DNA of 62,822 nucleotides from contig CAZWON010000007.1 of NCBI GenBank assembly GCA_964635565.1, forward strand, positions 1 to 62,822. The letters run 5' to 3'. The translations under genes were made by a program, and so were the position numbers. The stretch is from an uncultured Planctomycetia bacterium (GTDB lineage: Bacteria > Omnitrophota > Gorgyraeia > Duberdicusellales > 4484-171). Every line of letters starts with the position of its first letter. Positions within the stretch are counted from its first letter, which is position 1. Positions 1 to 9,410 of this stretch are shown piece after piece. Under the pieces are notes generated by a model. It was given only the letters and a program-made list of their open reading frames with translations, was not told where the DNA came from and made no database searches.

Positions 1-95
1 GATATAAGAGAATGTAGAATTAGAATTAAATAATTTTAAAAAAATTATTTAATTTAGTTTCAAAAAAATTTTTTTAAAAAAAAATCGAAAAAATG

Positions 96-124
96 TTGAC
101 AAACTTTTTTTTATTTGTTAAATT
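96..124 (+). promoter_or_regulatory. sigma70-type promoter of the Lys-rich micro-gene
   Basis: TTGACA (96-101), 17 nt, TAAATT (119-124) with extended -10 TG at 116-117. Confidence 0.75.
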
Positions 125-172
125 TAGATTAGAGTATTCGCACAAGTGTGCGGGAAAAAAAGGAGGTGGTAA

Positions 173-235
173 ATGGCAGTAAAGAAAAAGAAGAAAGCAA
201 CAAAGAAGAAAGCGGCAAAGAAGAAAAAGAAATAG
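173..235 (+). CDS. 20-aa Lys/Ala-rich basic micro-protein MAVKKKKKATKKKAAKKKKK (histone H1/protamine-like composition)
   Basis: Hand translation; SD AGGAGG at 161-166, 6 nt before ATG; promoter upstream and terminator downstream; below the ORF-track length cutoff. Confidence 0.8.
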   Translation: MAVKKKKKATKKKAAKKKKK

Positions 236-259
236 TTTTGCATCGGCATGAAGATAAAA

Positions 260-287
260 AAGAGCCCGCTATAAATAGCGGGCTCTT
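260..287. terminator. Intrinsic, probably bidirectional, terminator
   Basis: Perfect 12-bp stem AAGAGCCCGCTA/TAGCGGGCTCTT with TAAA loop; A-tract on the left, T-rich tract on the right. Confidence 0.85.
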
Positions 288-494
288 AATTTTTTATTTT
301 ATTTATTCTATTACTAAATCACAATAAGATTATATTTACAAATTAACTTAACATTTATAATAAATCATTTTTCTAACAGTTTTTTTTATTTCTTTTTATT
401 AAGAGCATGCCTTATTACTCTTTTATATTTTAAATCTGGAAAGTCTGTAATTGACTCAAATCGTTATAGTTACAAAAGCGCTCTTTTTATAAAG

Positions 495-523
495 AAGATA
501 GTTGCATTTTATAATCTTGTCAA
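495..523 (-). promoter_or_regulatory. Putative leftward sigma70 promoter
   Basis: Minus strand TTGACA (523-518), 17 nt, TATCTT (500-495); no annotated gene downstream. Confidence 0.4.
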
Positions 524-634
524 TTTTTAATATCTTTTAAGTGGTTTATTTTTGTTTTTTAAATCTATTATTTTGTTATTTTCAAACAGAAGATATTGTT
601 TATTTTTAAAATAGAAAGGAATAAGATTAAATAA

Positions 635-662
635 TTGACAGCCTGCTTATGTGTGGTAAACT
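635..662 (+). promoter_or_regulatory. Putative promoter of the radical SAM-feoAB region
   Basis: TTGACA (635-640), 16 nt, TAAACT (657-662) with TG at 654-655. Confidence 0.55.
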
Positions 663-779
663 TCCTTACATATAAAAATTATTATCAATAAGAAGAATAA
701 TACTAAATTCTTTTAAAGAAATATAATTGTAAACCACAGTTTTGAATTTATATCGATAATAAATAATACGATTAAAAAA

Positions 780-1715
780 ATGGGTTACGTATATGGACCA
801 GTATATTCTAAACGTTTGGGTTTTTCTTTAGGAATAGATATTGTTCCTCGAAAAACTTGTAGTTTTGAATGTGTGTATTGTCAGTTAGGGAGAACTTCTT
901 ACAAACGCATTCGCCGTTTTAAGTGGGTTAAGATAAATAAGTTTAAAAAAGAGTTAAAAAAAGTATTGAAAAATAATTTAAGAATTGATTACATTACTAT
1001 TTCTGGTTCAGGAGAACCAACCCTTCATAAAAATTTAGATGTTATTATAAAGGAAATAAAAAAAATATCTTTATATAAAATTCCTGTTTGTGTAATAACT
1101 AACTCTTCTCTTCTGTATAGATATTGCGTGAGAAAAGAGCTAAGTAATGCTGATGTTGTTATGCCATCTTTAGATGCTCCTTCTCCAGAGATATTTAATA
1201 AAATAAACTGTCCCCATAAAAGTATTTCTTTTAAATATATAGTTAGAGGATTGATAGAGTTTAGAAGAGAATTTAAAGGAAAGATTTTTTTAGAAATAAT
1301 GCTTCTTAAGGGATATAATGATAAAAAAGAATATGCATATTTATTTAGGGATATTATAGAAAAAATCGATCCGGATAAAGTATATCTTATCTTTCCTTAC
1401 CGTCCTACCCCCTTATCAAACATTAATCTTATTCCTTCTTATAGAAGAATAATATATTTTAAGAAAATATTAGGGAGCAGGTGCGAAATAGTAGGGCAAG
1501 GAAGAAAGAATATTTCTGTTAAAAAGAGGAAAATAAATAAGGAGGATATTTATATGTCTTTATTGAGACGTCCTCAAACAAAAGAAGAACTTAAAATTGC
1601 ATTAGGTTGCAGTGATAGAATATTACAAGATATTATTAGAGAGCTTCTAAGAGAAAAGAAAATTTATTGTGTATATGAAGGGAAAAAGATTTATTATACA
1701 AAGATATCTTATTAA
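780..1715 (+). CDS. Radical SAM protein (COG0731/wyosine-synthase-like Fe-S oxidoreductase) with C-terminal winged-helix-like tail
   Basis: CSFECVYC CxxxCxxC motif; YGPVxSxRLGxSLG N-terminus; SGSGEPTL. Confidence 0.8.
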   Translation: MGYVYGPVYSKRLGFSLGIDIVPRKTCSFECVYCQLGRTSYKRIRRFKWVKINKFKKELKKVLKNNLRIDYITISGSGEPTLHKNLDVIIKEIKKISLYKIPVCVITNSSLLYRYCVRKELSNADVVMPSLDAPSPEIFNKINCPHKSISFKYIVRGLIEFRREFKGKIFLEIMLLKGYNDKKEYAYLFRDIIEKIDPDKVYLIFPYRPTPLSNINLIPSYRRIIYFKKILGSRCEIVGQGRKNISVKKRKINKEDIYMSLLRRPQTKEELKIALGCSDRILQDIIRELLREKKIYCVYEGKKIYYTKISY

Positions 1716-1811
1716 TCTATTTTTTAATATTAAATAGTAGGTGGGAGTATTTAATTATAAAAATTAATTCTTTTATATATTACTACTTGGTAGTATTATT
1801 TTTAGAAAGGA

Positions 1812-2039
1812 TTGATAATGATTACTTTAATTGAGCTTAAGAATTTCCGTAAAGCTTTAGTAATAGATATTGTGGGAGGAAGTATGGCAAAGAGAAAATT
1901 AGAAAACCTTGGCATTCGGGTGGGAAGCATTATTGTTAAAAAGGGTCCATCTTTAGGGCCGGTTGTTGTAAATTCTGGGAATACCCAGATTGCTATAGGC
2001 AGAGGCCTTGCTTCTAAGATTTTGGTTAAAGAATTATGA
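1812..2039 (+). CDS. feoA: Ferrous iron transport protein A
   Basis: RKLENLGIRVG and IAIGRGLASKI motifs; ATGA overlap with feoB. Confidence 0.9.
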   Translation: MIMITLIELKNFRKALVIDIVGGSMAKRKLENLGIRVGSIIVKKGPSLGPVVVNSGNTQIAIGRGLASKILVKEL

Positions 2040-3757
2040 AGATAGTTTTAGCAGGAAATCCTAATGTAGGTAAAAGTGTATTGTTTTCCCGTCTTACAGG
2101 AGCAAGAGTAATTGTGTCTAACTACCCTGGGACAACCGTGGGTTTTACGAAAGGAAAATTCTGTTTTTTAGGGATGGAGGGTGAACTTTATGATGCTCCA
2201 GGAACATATAGCCTTAATCCTACTTCAAAAGCAGAGGAAGTTGCTGTAAACCTTATTAAAGATGCGGATTTGATTGTTAACGTTATAGATTCTACTAACC
2301 TGGAAAGAAACCTTCTTCTTACATTAGAGTTAGTGTCTAAGATAAAAAAACCTTTTATAGTTGTGCTTAATATGTGGGATGAAACTAAACATAAGGGAGT
2401 AGAAATAGATATAGATAGGTTAAAGGAGATTCTGGGTATAGAGGTTGTTTCTACGTGTGGGTTGACTGGTGAAGGAATTGTAAGGCTAATTCACAGGATA
2501 AAAGATGCTAAGGTTCCTGATTTTACCTTAAAAGAAGATGTTTGGTCTTTTATTGGAGAAATTATTAGGAAAGTTCAGAAACTCCATCACCGTCATCATT
2601 CCTTCTGGGATGCTGTACAGGAACTTAGCATAAAGCCTCCTTGGGCGTGGATAATTGCCTTATTGGCAATATTATCTTCCTTTCAAGTAATAAGATTTAT
2701 TGGTGAAGGATTTATTAATTATGTGTTTGACCCTTTTTTTATGAATTTTTATACTCCTCTTATTATGAAGCTAAGTGCTTTAGTAGGGGAAGGGAATTTT
2801 ATTCATTCAGTTCTTATTGGGCATTTAATAGATGGTAGGCTTGATTATGCTTTAGCTTTTGGAGTTCTTACTACCGGTTTCTATGTCCCTATAGCGATGG
2901 TTCTGCCTTATGTATTTAGCTTTTATCTTGTATTAGGTTTCTTGGAAGATTTAGGTTATTTACCCCGTTTAGCTGTACTCTTTGATAGAGTTTTCCACAA
3001 AATAGGCCTGCATGGGTATTCCATAGTTCCTATGGTTTTAGGTTTAGGTTGTAATGTTCCTGGGGCTTTATCTACACGCCTTTTTGAAGAACGTCGAGAA
3101 AAGTTTATTGCTGCTACTCTGCTTGCCATTGCTGTTCCCTGTATGGCGCAGACTTCTATGATTATAGGAATATTAGGGAGATTTGGAGGGCAATATGTAG
3201 GAATGGTATTCTTCAACCTTGTTGTTATATGGTTTATTCTGGGTAAATTATTAAATAGATTCCTAAAAGGATGTAGTCCAGAAATTTTATTAGAAATTCC
3301 TCCCTACAGAAGACCTTCTCTTATTGCTCTTTTTAAGAAATTGTGGATACGCCTTCGTTGGTTCTTTTCAGATGCTTTTCCTTATGTCCTCCTGGGAGTG
3401 CTTTTGGTAAATATACTCTATTATTTTAAGATAATTGATTTTCTTGCTTGCTTTTTTAATCCTTTAATAAGGAATCTTTGGGGACTTCCTCAGGAGTCAA
3501 TCGGTGCTCTTATTGTTGGTTTTTTAAGAAAAGATGTTGCTGTAGGTATGTTAAGACCACTTAATTTAACCATAAGGCAGTTAATTATAGGTAGTACTAT
3601 TCTTGCAGTATATTTCCCCTGTGTAGCAACTTTTATGGTCCTTTTGAGAGAATTAGGAGTTCGTGATATGATAAAGTCGATGTTAATAATGATTGCTACT
3701 GCAGTAATTACCGGCACATTGTTGAATTTAATCTTATTTGTATTAAATATCGGATGA
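2036..3757 (+). CDS. feoB: Ferrous iron transport protein B
   Basis: G1 GNPNVGKS, G2 NYPGTT, G3 DAPG, G4 NMWD; membrane domain with GLGCNVP and PPYR. Confidence 0.95.
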   Translation: MKIVLAGNPNVGKSVLFSRLTGARVIVSNYPGTTVGFTKGKFCFLGMEGELYDAPGTYSLNPTSKAEEVAVNLIKDADLIVNVIDSTNLERNLLLTLELVSKIKKPFIVVLNMWDETKHKGVEIDIDRLKEILGIEVVSTCGLTGEGIVRLIHRIKDAKVPDFTLKEDVWSFIGEIIRKVQKLHHRHHSFWDAVQELSIKPPWAWIIALLAILSSFQVIRFIGEGFINYVFDPFFMNFYTPLIMKLSALVGEGNFIHSVLIGHLIDGRLDYALAFGVLTTGFYVPIAMVLPYVFSFYLVLGFLEDLGYLPRLAVLFDRVFHKIGLHGYSIVPMVLGLGCNVPGALSTRLFEERREKFIAATLLAIAVPCMAQTSMIIGILGRFGGQYVGMVFFNLVVIWFILGKLLNRFLKGCSPEILLEIPPYRRPSLIALFKKLWIRLRWFFSDAFPYVLLGVLLVNILYYFKIIDFLACFFNPLIRNLWGLPQESIGALIVGFLRKDVAVGMLRPLNLTIRQLIIGSTILAVYFPCVATFMVLLRELGVRDMIKSMLIMIATAVITGTLLNLILFVLNIG

Positions 3758-4095
3758 GGAAAAGAGAATATAGTCTTTTTATAATTTTTATTTGTATGTT
3801 TCTATTCTTTATTTGTGGATGTATGATTCTGCGTAGTTATGTTTCTGCAGAAAAAGGTTTTATTAACCTCCGTCTTAAAAAACAATTTGGAGAAGGCAAA
3901 CAACTCCAGGAGTATTTTATAACAAGAGATAAAATTATTAATAAAGGTGATAATGTATCTTATTTAGTAAAGATTTTAGGTTATCCTGATGAAGTTAATA
4001 TCTCTCTTAGTGGTTATAATATATGGGCATACAAAAAGAAGAATGTTACATTTTATATTGTTGATAACAGAGTAGAATATATTTATAAAAGGTGA
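3754..4095 (+). CDS. Putative lipoprotein, SmpA/OmlA (BamE)-like motif
   Basis: Hydrophobic signal ending ICGC; ILGYPD...WAY pattern. Confidence 0.5.
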   Translation: MRKREYSLFIIFICMFLFFICGCMILRSYVSAEKGFINLRLKKQFGEGKQLQEYFITRDKIINKGDNVSYLVKILGYPDEVNISLSGYNIWAYKKKNVTFYIVDNRVEYIYKR

Positions 4096-4697
4096 ATTTC
4101 AAAAAATTAAGGGAAAATAAAAGAAAAAGAGAGTTCTTTTTTCAAAACGCGGTTAAAGTAGCAAAGAATATTTTGGGAGATTATCTTGTGGTAGATAATG
4201 GCGGTTTAATGATAGGCAAAATTGTTGAAGTTGAGGCCTATTTAGGAGTTAACGATGATGCTTCTCATAGTTTTAGAGGCAGAATAACTAAGCGTAACAA
4301 AGTATTATTTGAAGATGGAGGAGTTGTTTATGTATATTCTATTTATGGAAAATATTTTTGCTTTAATATTGTAGTTTCAAGAAAAGGCGACCCCCAAGCA
4401 GTATTTGTTAGAGCATTAGAACCTATTTTGGGTATAGAGATAATGTTAAAACATAGAAAAGTAGAGAGAATAAAAATGCTTACAAATGGCCCTTGTCGTT
4501 GGACTACTGCTTTTGGTATTGATAAAAAGTTTTTAGGTAGGAGTACTGTTTCTAAATCTTTATATATTTCACAGACTCCTTCAAAAAATTTTAAGATAGT
4601 TTCTGCAAAAAGGATTGGTATTGAGTATGCTAATAATTCTAGAGATCTCCCATTAAGATTTTATATAAAAGATAATTCTTTTGTTTCTAAGAAGTAA
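4092..4697 (+). CDS. DNA-3-methyladenine glycosylase (MPG/AAG family)
   Basis: IVEVEAY, YVYSIYGKYFCFNIV, NGPCRW, RIGI, LRFY motifs. Confidence 0.93.
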   Translation: MNFKKLRENKRKREFFFQNAVKVAKNILGDYLVVDNGGLMIGKIVEVEAYLGVNDDASHSFRGRITKRNKVLFEDGGVVYVYSIYGKYFCFNIVVSRKGDPQAVFVRALEPILGIEIMLKHRKVERIKMLTNGPCRWTTAFGIDKKFLGRSTVSKSLYISQTPSKNFKIVSAKRIGIEYANNSRDLPLRFYIKDNSFVSKK

Positions 4698-5967
4698 CAG
4701 TTTCCCACTTTCTGTTAAGTTTTCTTATGTAGTTTTTTATCTCCCAGATTTTTTTCCATTGGTTTTTGGGAAAAAAGGGAAAAATAGAATTGTTGTGCAG
4801 TAAAGGTTCTTTTAAAAGATGGCGATATTTAGAGAATATTTTTGTTTTTGGTGTAGGAGAAAATTCTGCTAAAGAAACACGTGCTCCTTGAGAATGAAGG
4901 AATTCAGCGTCTTTTTTTAGCTCTTTTAAATCTTGATGGGGGTATCCTAAAAGAAGATAGAAACAAAATTCACCATCTTTAAATCCTGCTTTTTTCAGTA
5001 ATTCTATGCCTTTTAAAAGGTCAGTAGTATTTACTTTGTTTTGCCATTTTTCTTGTAGTTTTTCATTTAAAGTCTCTAACCCAAAGTGAGGGTTTTTGAA
5101 TCCTGCTTTTTTGATAAGAAAGGCTAATTCTTCATCTAAAAATCTTATATGAAGTGCATTAGGAGTATGAATACGGATTTTTATATTTGCTTCAATAATT
5201 TTTTTTAGGATATTTTTTGCATGTTCTTTCTTATAAAATAGTGCATCGTCGTATAGCACAAAATCTTTTATTTTTTTATGATAATAAAGAAGATAATCTT
5301 TTATCTTCTCAGGCTCAATGTTATAAAATCCTTTTTGTAAACTTTTTATAGCACAGTAACTGCAGTTAAAAGGACACCCCCAGGTAGTCCTTAGTACTAC
5401 ATAGTCTATAGATTTATAGAAGTCTTCATAAAAAGGTAAGGTATTGTAAAATTCATAAGGACTAAAGGGAATATTTAGTAACTTGAATAATTTTTGAAGG
5501 TTTGGGTTGGAGAAAAGATAATCTAAAGGAATAGTTCTTTTTGCGTGGTGAGGTAATAGGGTAGCATAAGTACCCCCCAGAATTAGAGGCTTATGGGGGA
5601 AATACTCTTTTAAAATTTGTGCAACTTTTTCTACGCCTTTATACCAATAAGTCATTGAAGATGTGACAAGGATTACGTCGGGTTTTTTATTTTTTATTTT
5701 TTCTCTAAACTCTTCTTCAGAAATACCATAGCATTTAAAATACCGGGGAATGTTTTTCAGTATGGATGGTTTTTTGATAATAGAGGAGCAATATTTTCCT
5801 TTTCCAAAATTATCTTTGGTTTCTTTTTTATCAAGACAATCAACAAAATCAACTTTTATACTTTTTTTCTTTAGAAACTGAAGAATCACTAAGAATCCAT
5901 AAGGTTTAAGCCAGAAATCATAAGCAGCAAAATCTACAATCCAGGGGTTAATAGCAAGAATTCTCAT
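4687..5967 (-). CDS. B12-binding-domain radical SAM protein
   Basis: N-terminal cobalamin-binding fold (LGGTYATL); GCPFNCSYC motif. Confidence 0.85.
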   Translation of the reverse strand: MRILAINPWIVDFAAYDFWLKPYGFLVILQFLKKKSIKVDFVDCLDKKETKDNFGKGKYCSSIIKKPSILKNIPRYFKCYGISEEEFREKIKNKKPDVILVTSSMTYWYKGVEKVAQILKEYFPHKPLILGGTYATLLPHHAKRTIPLDYLFSNPNLQKLFKLLNIPFSPYEFYNTLPFYEDFYKSIDYVVLRTTWGCPFNCSYCAIKSLQKGFYNIEPEKIKDYLLYYHKKIKDFVLYDDALFYKKEHAKNILKKIIEANIKIRIHTPNALHIRFLDEELAFLIKKAGFKNPHFGLETLNEKLQEKWQNKVNTTDLLKGIELLKKAGFKDGEFCFYLLLGYPHQDLKELKKDAEFLHSQGARVSLAEFSPTPKTKIFSKYRHLLKEPLLHNNSIFPFFPKNQWKKIWEIKNYIRKLNRKWETVTS

Positions 5968-5975
5968 TCTTTATT

Positions 5976-5984
5976 ATTATAGCA
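5976..5984 (-). promoter_or_regulatory. Extended -10 promoter, probable leaderless transcript
   Basis: Minus strand TGC-TATAAT 8 nt before the ATG at 5967; no SD. Confidence 0.55.
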
Positions 5985-6082
5985 TATTTTTGCAAGAACC
6001 TTCTTTCATCTTCTTTAAAAAACAGTGGAAGATAGATAGAGAAAATTTGTTTATGGAGAGATATTATAGTATAATTAGTTTT

Positions 6083-6408
6083 GTGGAAGAGAGAAGAAGA
6101 TATGTAAGAATAGATGTATGCGTAAGAGGTAGAATATAATATTTTTAATGAGAAATTAGAAAGTTTAAAATCTAAAAGTAGAAAATCAGCGAAGAAGATA
6201 TATGTTTCTTTGCTAAAGATAAGTTAGAAGAAGGCACTATTTTACAATTGAAGTTACGTCTCCCTGATAAAAAAAGAACGTTATTGAGTCCAAAGGAAGA
6301 GTTGGGTGGCAACTTAAGGAAGGAATAGGTTATCTTACGGGTATTGAATTCATTGATTTGGATATCACTCAGCGTTTTTTAATAAGGATATTTGTTTTAC
6401 ATTTATGA
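6083..6408 (+). pseudogene. PilZ-domain protein pseudogene (three frameshifts)
   Basis: Frames join to EERRRYVRI / VEYNIFNEKLESLKSKS / ISEEDICFFAKDKLEEGTILQLKLRLPDKK / VIESKGRVGWQ...TGIEFIDLD; RxxxR motif and G-x-x-F beta pattern. Confidence 0.75.
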
Positions 6409-6468
6409 ATGAGTTATTAAATTACGGTTTACATTAATTCTTACCTTCATTCATTATATTCTTTTTTT

Positions 6469-7452
6469 ATGCTGGAAAGGATATTCCGAGATACAGTTGC
6501 TAAATATAAACTCCTTAAGAAGAGAGATAGAGTAATTCTTGCTGTTTCCGGCGGGCCTGATTCTATAAGTATGTTCCATCTTTTTCGTGAATTGAAAGAA
6601 GAACTAAAGTTAAGAATGATTTGTTCCCATTTTAATCATGGTTTAAGAAAAGATGCTGATAAAGATGAGGAATTTGTGAGAAGTTTATGCAGTACCTATA
6701 GGATGAAATTTGTAAGTGCGAAAAAAGAAGTAGCTAAATTTTTTAAGGGCGATTCCTTAGAGCAGACCGCCCGTCGATTACGCTTTGATTTTTTTTTAAA
6801 TTGTTCGAGGCAATATAAAATAAAAAAGATTGCCCTTGCTCATACTCGCGATGATGTTATTGAGACGCTTCTTATGCGGATTATTCGAGGGTCAGCTTTG
6901 CGGGGTATGCGGGCAATTATGCCTAAGAGTATGTATAGGAGTTTATGTTTAATAAGACCTCTTATCCACATTAGTAAAAGAGATGTGCTTAAGTGGCTTA
7001 AAGATAATAATTATTTATATAGAATTGATAAGACTAACCTTGAAGAAAAATTTTTTAGAAATAAAATAAGACATAAACTCATAAGCATTCTGAAAGAGTT
7101 TAACCCTAATGTTGAAAATAATTTGTTTAATCTTTCTAAAATAGCAGGAGAGGATTATGATTTTTTATATAATTATGCCAGCAGTATATTTACTTCTTTA
7201 AAAAAAATCTCGTATAAAGGGATAAAACTTAAAATAGATGATTTAAAAAATTTACATCCAGCAATTTTTAAGGAAATTATTCGCATTGCCATTGAAGATG
7301 TAAAAGGGGATTTAAGAAAGGTAGAATATAGGCATTTAGAGGAGATAGAAGATTTGCTTATTAATAGACCATCGGGAAGTATAGTTCACTTACCCCATTT
7401 AGAAATTAAGAAAGATGATGCTTTTCTTTTTATCAAGTCCTTGATTTTGTAA
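6469..7452 (+). CDS. tilS: tRNA(Ile)-lysidine synthetase
   Basis: AVSGGPDS PP-loop, HFNHGLR, AHTRDD, IRPL, RNKIRH. Confidence 0.96.
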   Translation: MLERIFRDTVAKYKLLKKRDRVILAVSGGPDSISMFHLFRELKEELKLRMICSHFNHGLRKDADKDEEFVRSLCSTYRMKFVSAKKEVAKFFKGDSLEQTARRLRFDFFLNCSRQYKIKKIALAHTRDDVIETLLMRIIRGSALRGMRAIMPKSMYRSLCLIRPLIHISKRDVLKWLKDNNYLYRIDKTNLEEKFFRNKIRHKLISILKEFNPNVENNLFNLSKIAGEDYDFLYNYASSIFTSLKKISYKGIKLKIDDLKNLHPAIFKEIIRIAIEDVKGDLRKVEYRHLEEIEDLLINRPSGSIVHLPHLEIKKDDAFLFIKSLIL

Positions 7453-7467
7453 AGGAAGGTAGTTATA

Positions 7468-9405
7468 ATGGGAAATATGAAGAATAGAAGAAGAAAACCA
7501 AAAACAGTTGACCAAAATTTTACGAGGCGTTTTTTCCTCTGGATTATTGTTGCTATGGGCCTACTTTATATTACAAATATTGTTTTTATGCCTCGCCCTG
7601 TCAAAATAGCCTATAGTGATTTCTATCATCAGCTTGTAGCAAATAAAGAGCGACCTGCTATTGAGTATGTAAAGAAAACCAACAATCTTCTAATAGGAAA
7701 ATTTACTTCTCAAGCAGGAGGGGGAGAGTTTTATGTTTACGTTCCTGAGGGCGACAAAGAACTCATTTCTCTTTTAAAGAACAATGTAGAGAAATTCGAA
7801 ATAGAACCTCCTAAGACATTTTTAATTAATTTTTTCTCCTCTTTTGGTTTTATGCTTCTTTTTCTTTTGCTACTTTGGTATTTCCTTTATCGAGGGACTC
7901 AACAGGTAGGTAGTCATCTTTGGTCTTTTGGTAAGTCAAAGGCGCGAATAATCGAAAAAGAAAAATCTCCTAAGGTAACATTTCAAGATGTTGCTGGGGT
8001 AAATGAAGCAAAAGAAGAATTACGGGAGATTATTGAATTTTTAAAGGACCCACGGCGTTTTCAAAGATTAGGAGGTAGGATTCCTAAGGGGGTTATTCTT
8101 GTTGGTCCTCCGGGCTGTGGTAAGACTTTATTGGCTAAAGCAGTGGCAGGAGAAGCAGGAGTACCTTTTTTTAGTATAAGTGGCTCTGATTTTGTAGAGT
8201 TATTTGTAGGAGTGGGAGCATCGCGAGTCCGTGATCTTTTTGAACAGGCAAAAAAATCTGCCAAAATTGGAGGAAGAGGATGCATTATATTTATTGATGA
8301 AATAGATGCAGTAGGAAGACAACGTTTTGCTGGTATTGGAGGAGGACATGATGAAAGAGAGCAAACATTAAACCAATTATTAGTAGAGATGGATGGGTTT
8401 CAAACACAAGAAGGGATTATTGTGATAGCAGCTACCAACCGCCCTGATGTTTTAGATCCTGCTTTACTTCGTCCAGGAAGATTTGATAGGCATATAGTAA
8501 TTGATGCGCCGGATATCAAAGGTAGAGAAGCAATATTAAAAGTTCATACTCGTAGGATAAGATTATCGCCGAGTGTGGATTTAACTATTATTGCCAAACA
8601 AACGCCAGGTTTTTCAGGGGCAGATTTGGAAAACCTTTGCAATGAAGCAGCTTTGTTAGCTGCCCGTAAGAATAAAGACGCTGTAGAAATGGAGGAGTTA
8701 GAAGAGGGTATTGAAAGAGTAATAGCAGGTCCTCAGAGGAAAAGCAGGGTTATTTCTAAAAAAGAGAAAGAGATTATTGCTTACCATGAGGCAGGGCACG
8801 CGATTTTATCTTTGCTTTTACCTTATGCCGACCCTCTCCATAAAGTTTCCATAATTCCGCGAGGCGTATCCGCTTTGGGTTATACAATGCAGTTACCTCT
8901 TCAGGACAGGTATATTCTTACTCGTGAGGAGCTTCTTGATAGGATTTGTGTTTTTTTAGGAGGCAGAGTATCTGAGGAGATTGCTTTTAAAGAAGTAAGT
9001 ACAGGAGCGCAAAATGATTTAGAGATTACTACTAAAATGGCAAGGCGCATGGTAACAGAGTTTGGTATGAGTGATAAGATAGGTAATATTACCTTGGGAA
9101 GAAGAGAGGGGCCAGTATTTTTAGGTAGAGAAATAGTGGAACACAAGGATTATTCAGAAGAAAGCGCAGAGCTTATTGACCGTGAAGTAAAAAAAATCGT
9201 AGATGAGTGTTATTTAAGGGCAAAAAAGATATTAGAAGAAAATTATAAAAAGCTTAATATCTTAGCAAAGAGACTATTGGAAAAAGAGGTGCTTACTTCT
9301 GGTGAGGTAAAAGAAATTTTAGGAATAAAAAAAGAGAATAAAGAAGAGTTAGAGGAAGAGCCTAAAGCAGAAAATCATAGTTCTTCCCAAGATAAAACCA
9401 GTTAA
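7468..9405 (+). CDS. ftsH: ATP-dependent zinc metalloprotease FtsH
   Basis: Two TM helices, [17 protein letters not shown] motif, HEAGH. Confidence 0.98.
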   Translation: MGNMKNRRRKPKTVDQNFTRRFFLWIIVAMGLLYITNIVFMPRPVKIAYSDFYHQLVANKERPAIEYVKKTNNLLIGKFTSQAGGGEFYVYVPEGDKELISLLKNNVEKFEIEPPKTFLINFFSSFGFMLLFLLLLWYFLYRGTQQVGSHLWSFGKSKARIIEKEKSPKVTFQDVAGVNEAKEELREIIEFLKDPRRFQRLGGRIPKGVILVGPPGCGKTLLAKAVAGEAGVPFFSISGSDFVELFVGVGASRVRDLFEQAKKSAKIGGRGCIIFIDEIDAVGRQRFAGIGGGHDEREQTLNQLLVEMDGFQTQEGIIVIAATNRPDVLDPALLRPGRFDRHIVIDAPDIKGREAILKVHTRRIRLSPSVDLTIIAKQTPGFSGADLENLCNEAALLAARKNKDAVEMEELEEGIERVIAGPQRKSRVISKKEKEIIAYHEAGHAILSLLLPYADPLHKVSIIPRGVSALGYTMQLPLQDRYILTREELLDRICVFLGGRVSEEIAFKEVSTGAQNDLEITTKMARRMVTEFGMSDKIGNITLGRREGPVFLGREIVEHKDYSEESAELIDREVKKIVDECYLRAKKILEENYKKLNILAKRLLEKEVLTSGEVKEILGIKKENKEELEEEPKAENHSSSQDKTS

Positions 9406-9410
9406 AATTT

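Noticed and set aside
173-287. Lys-rich ORF as a lysine attenuator leader peptide
   Set aside because: No antiterminator is apparent, no lysine-related gene follows, and the next gene is ~490 nt away with its own promoter.
335-365. dif-like site (ACTTAACATTT...)
   Set aside because: Only one arm partly resembles the XerD half-site; the other arm does not match.
754-773. Fur-box-like GATAATAAATAAT upstream of the feo region
   Set aside because: Partial match only, expected by chance in AT-rich DNA.
2956-3717. Short antisense ORFs inside feoB, and likewise those inside ftsH, folP, cdaA, gpsA, dprA, topA, the LPS genes, ruvA, metK, ahcY, ilv, leuA, mscS and pst
   Set aside because: They overlap well-supported genes, have no recognisable motifs and show shadow-frame composition.
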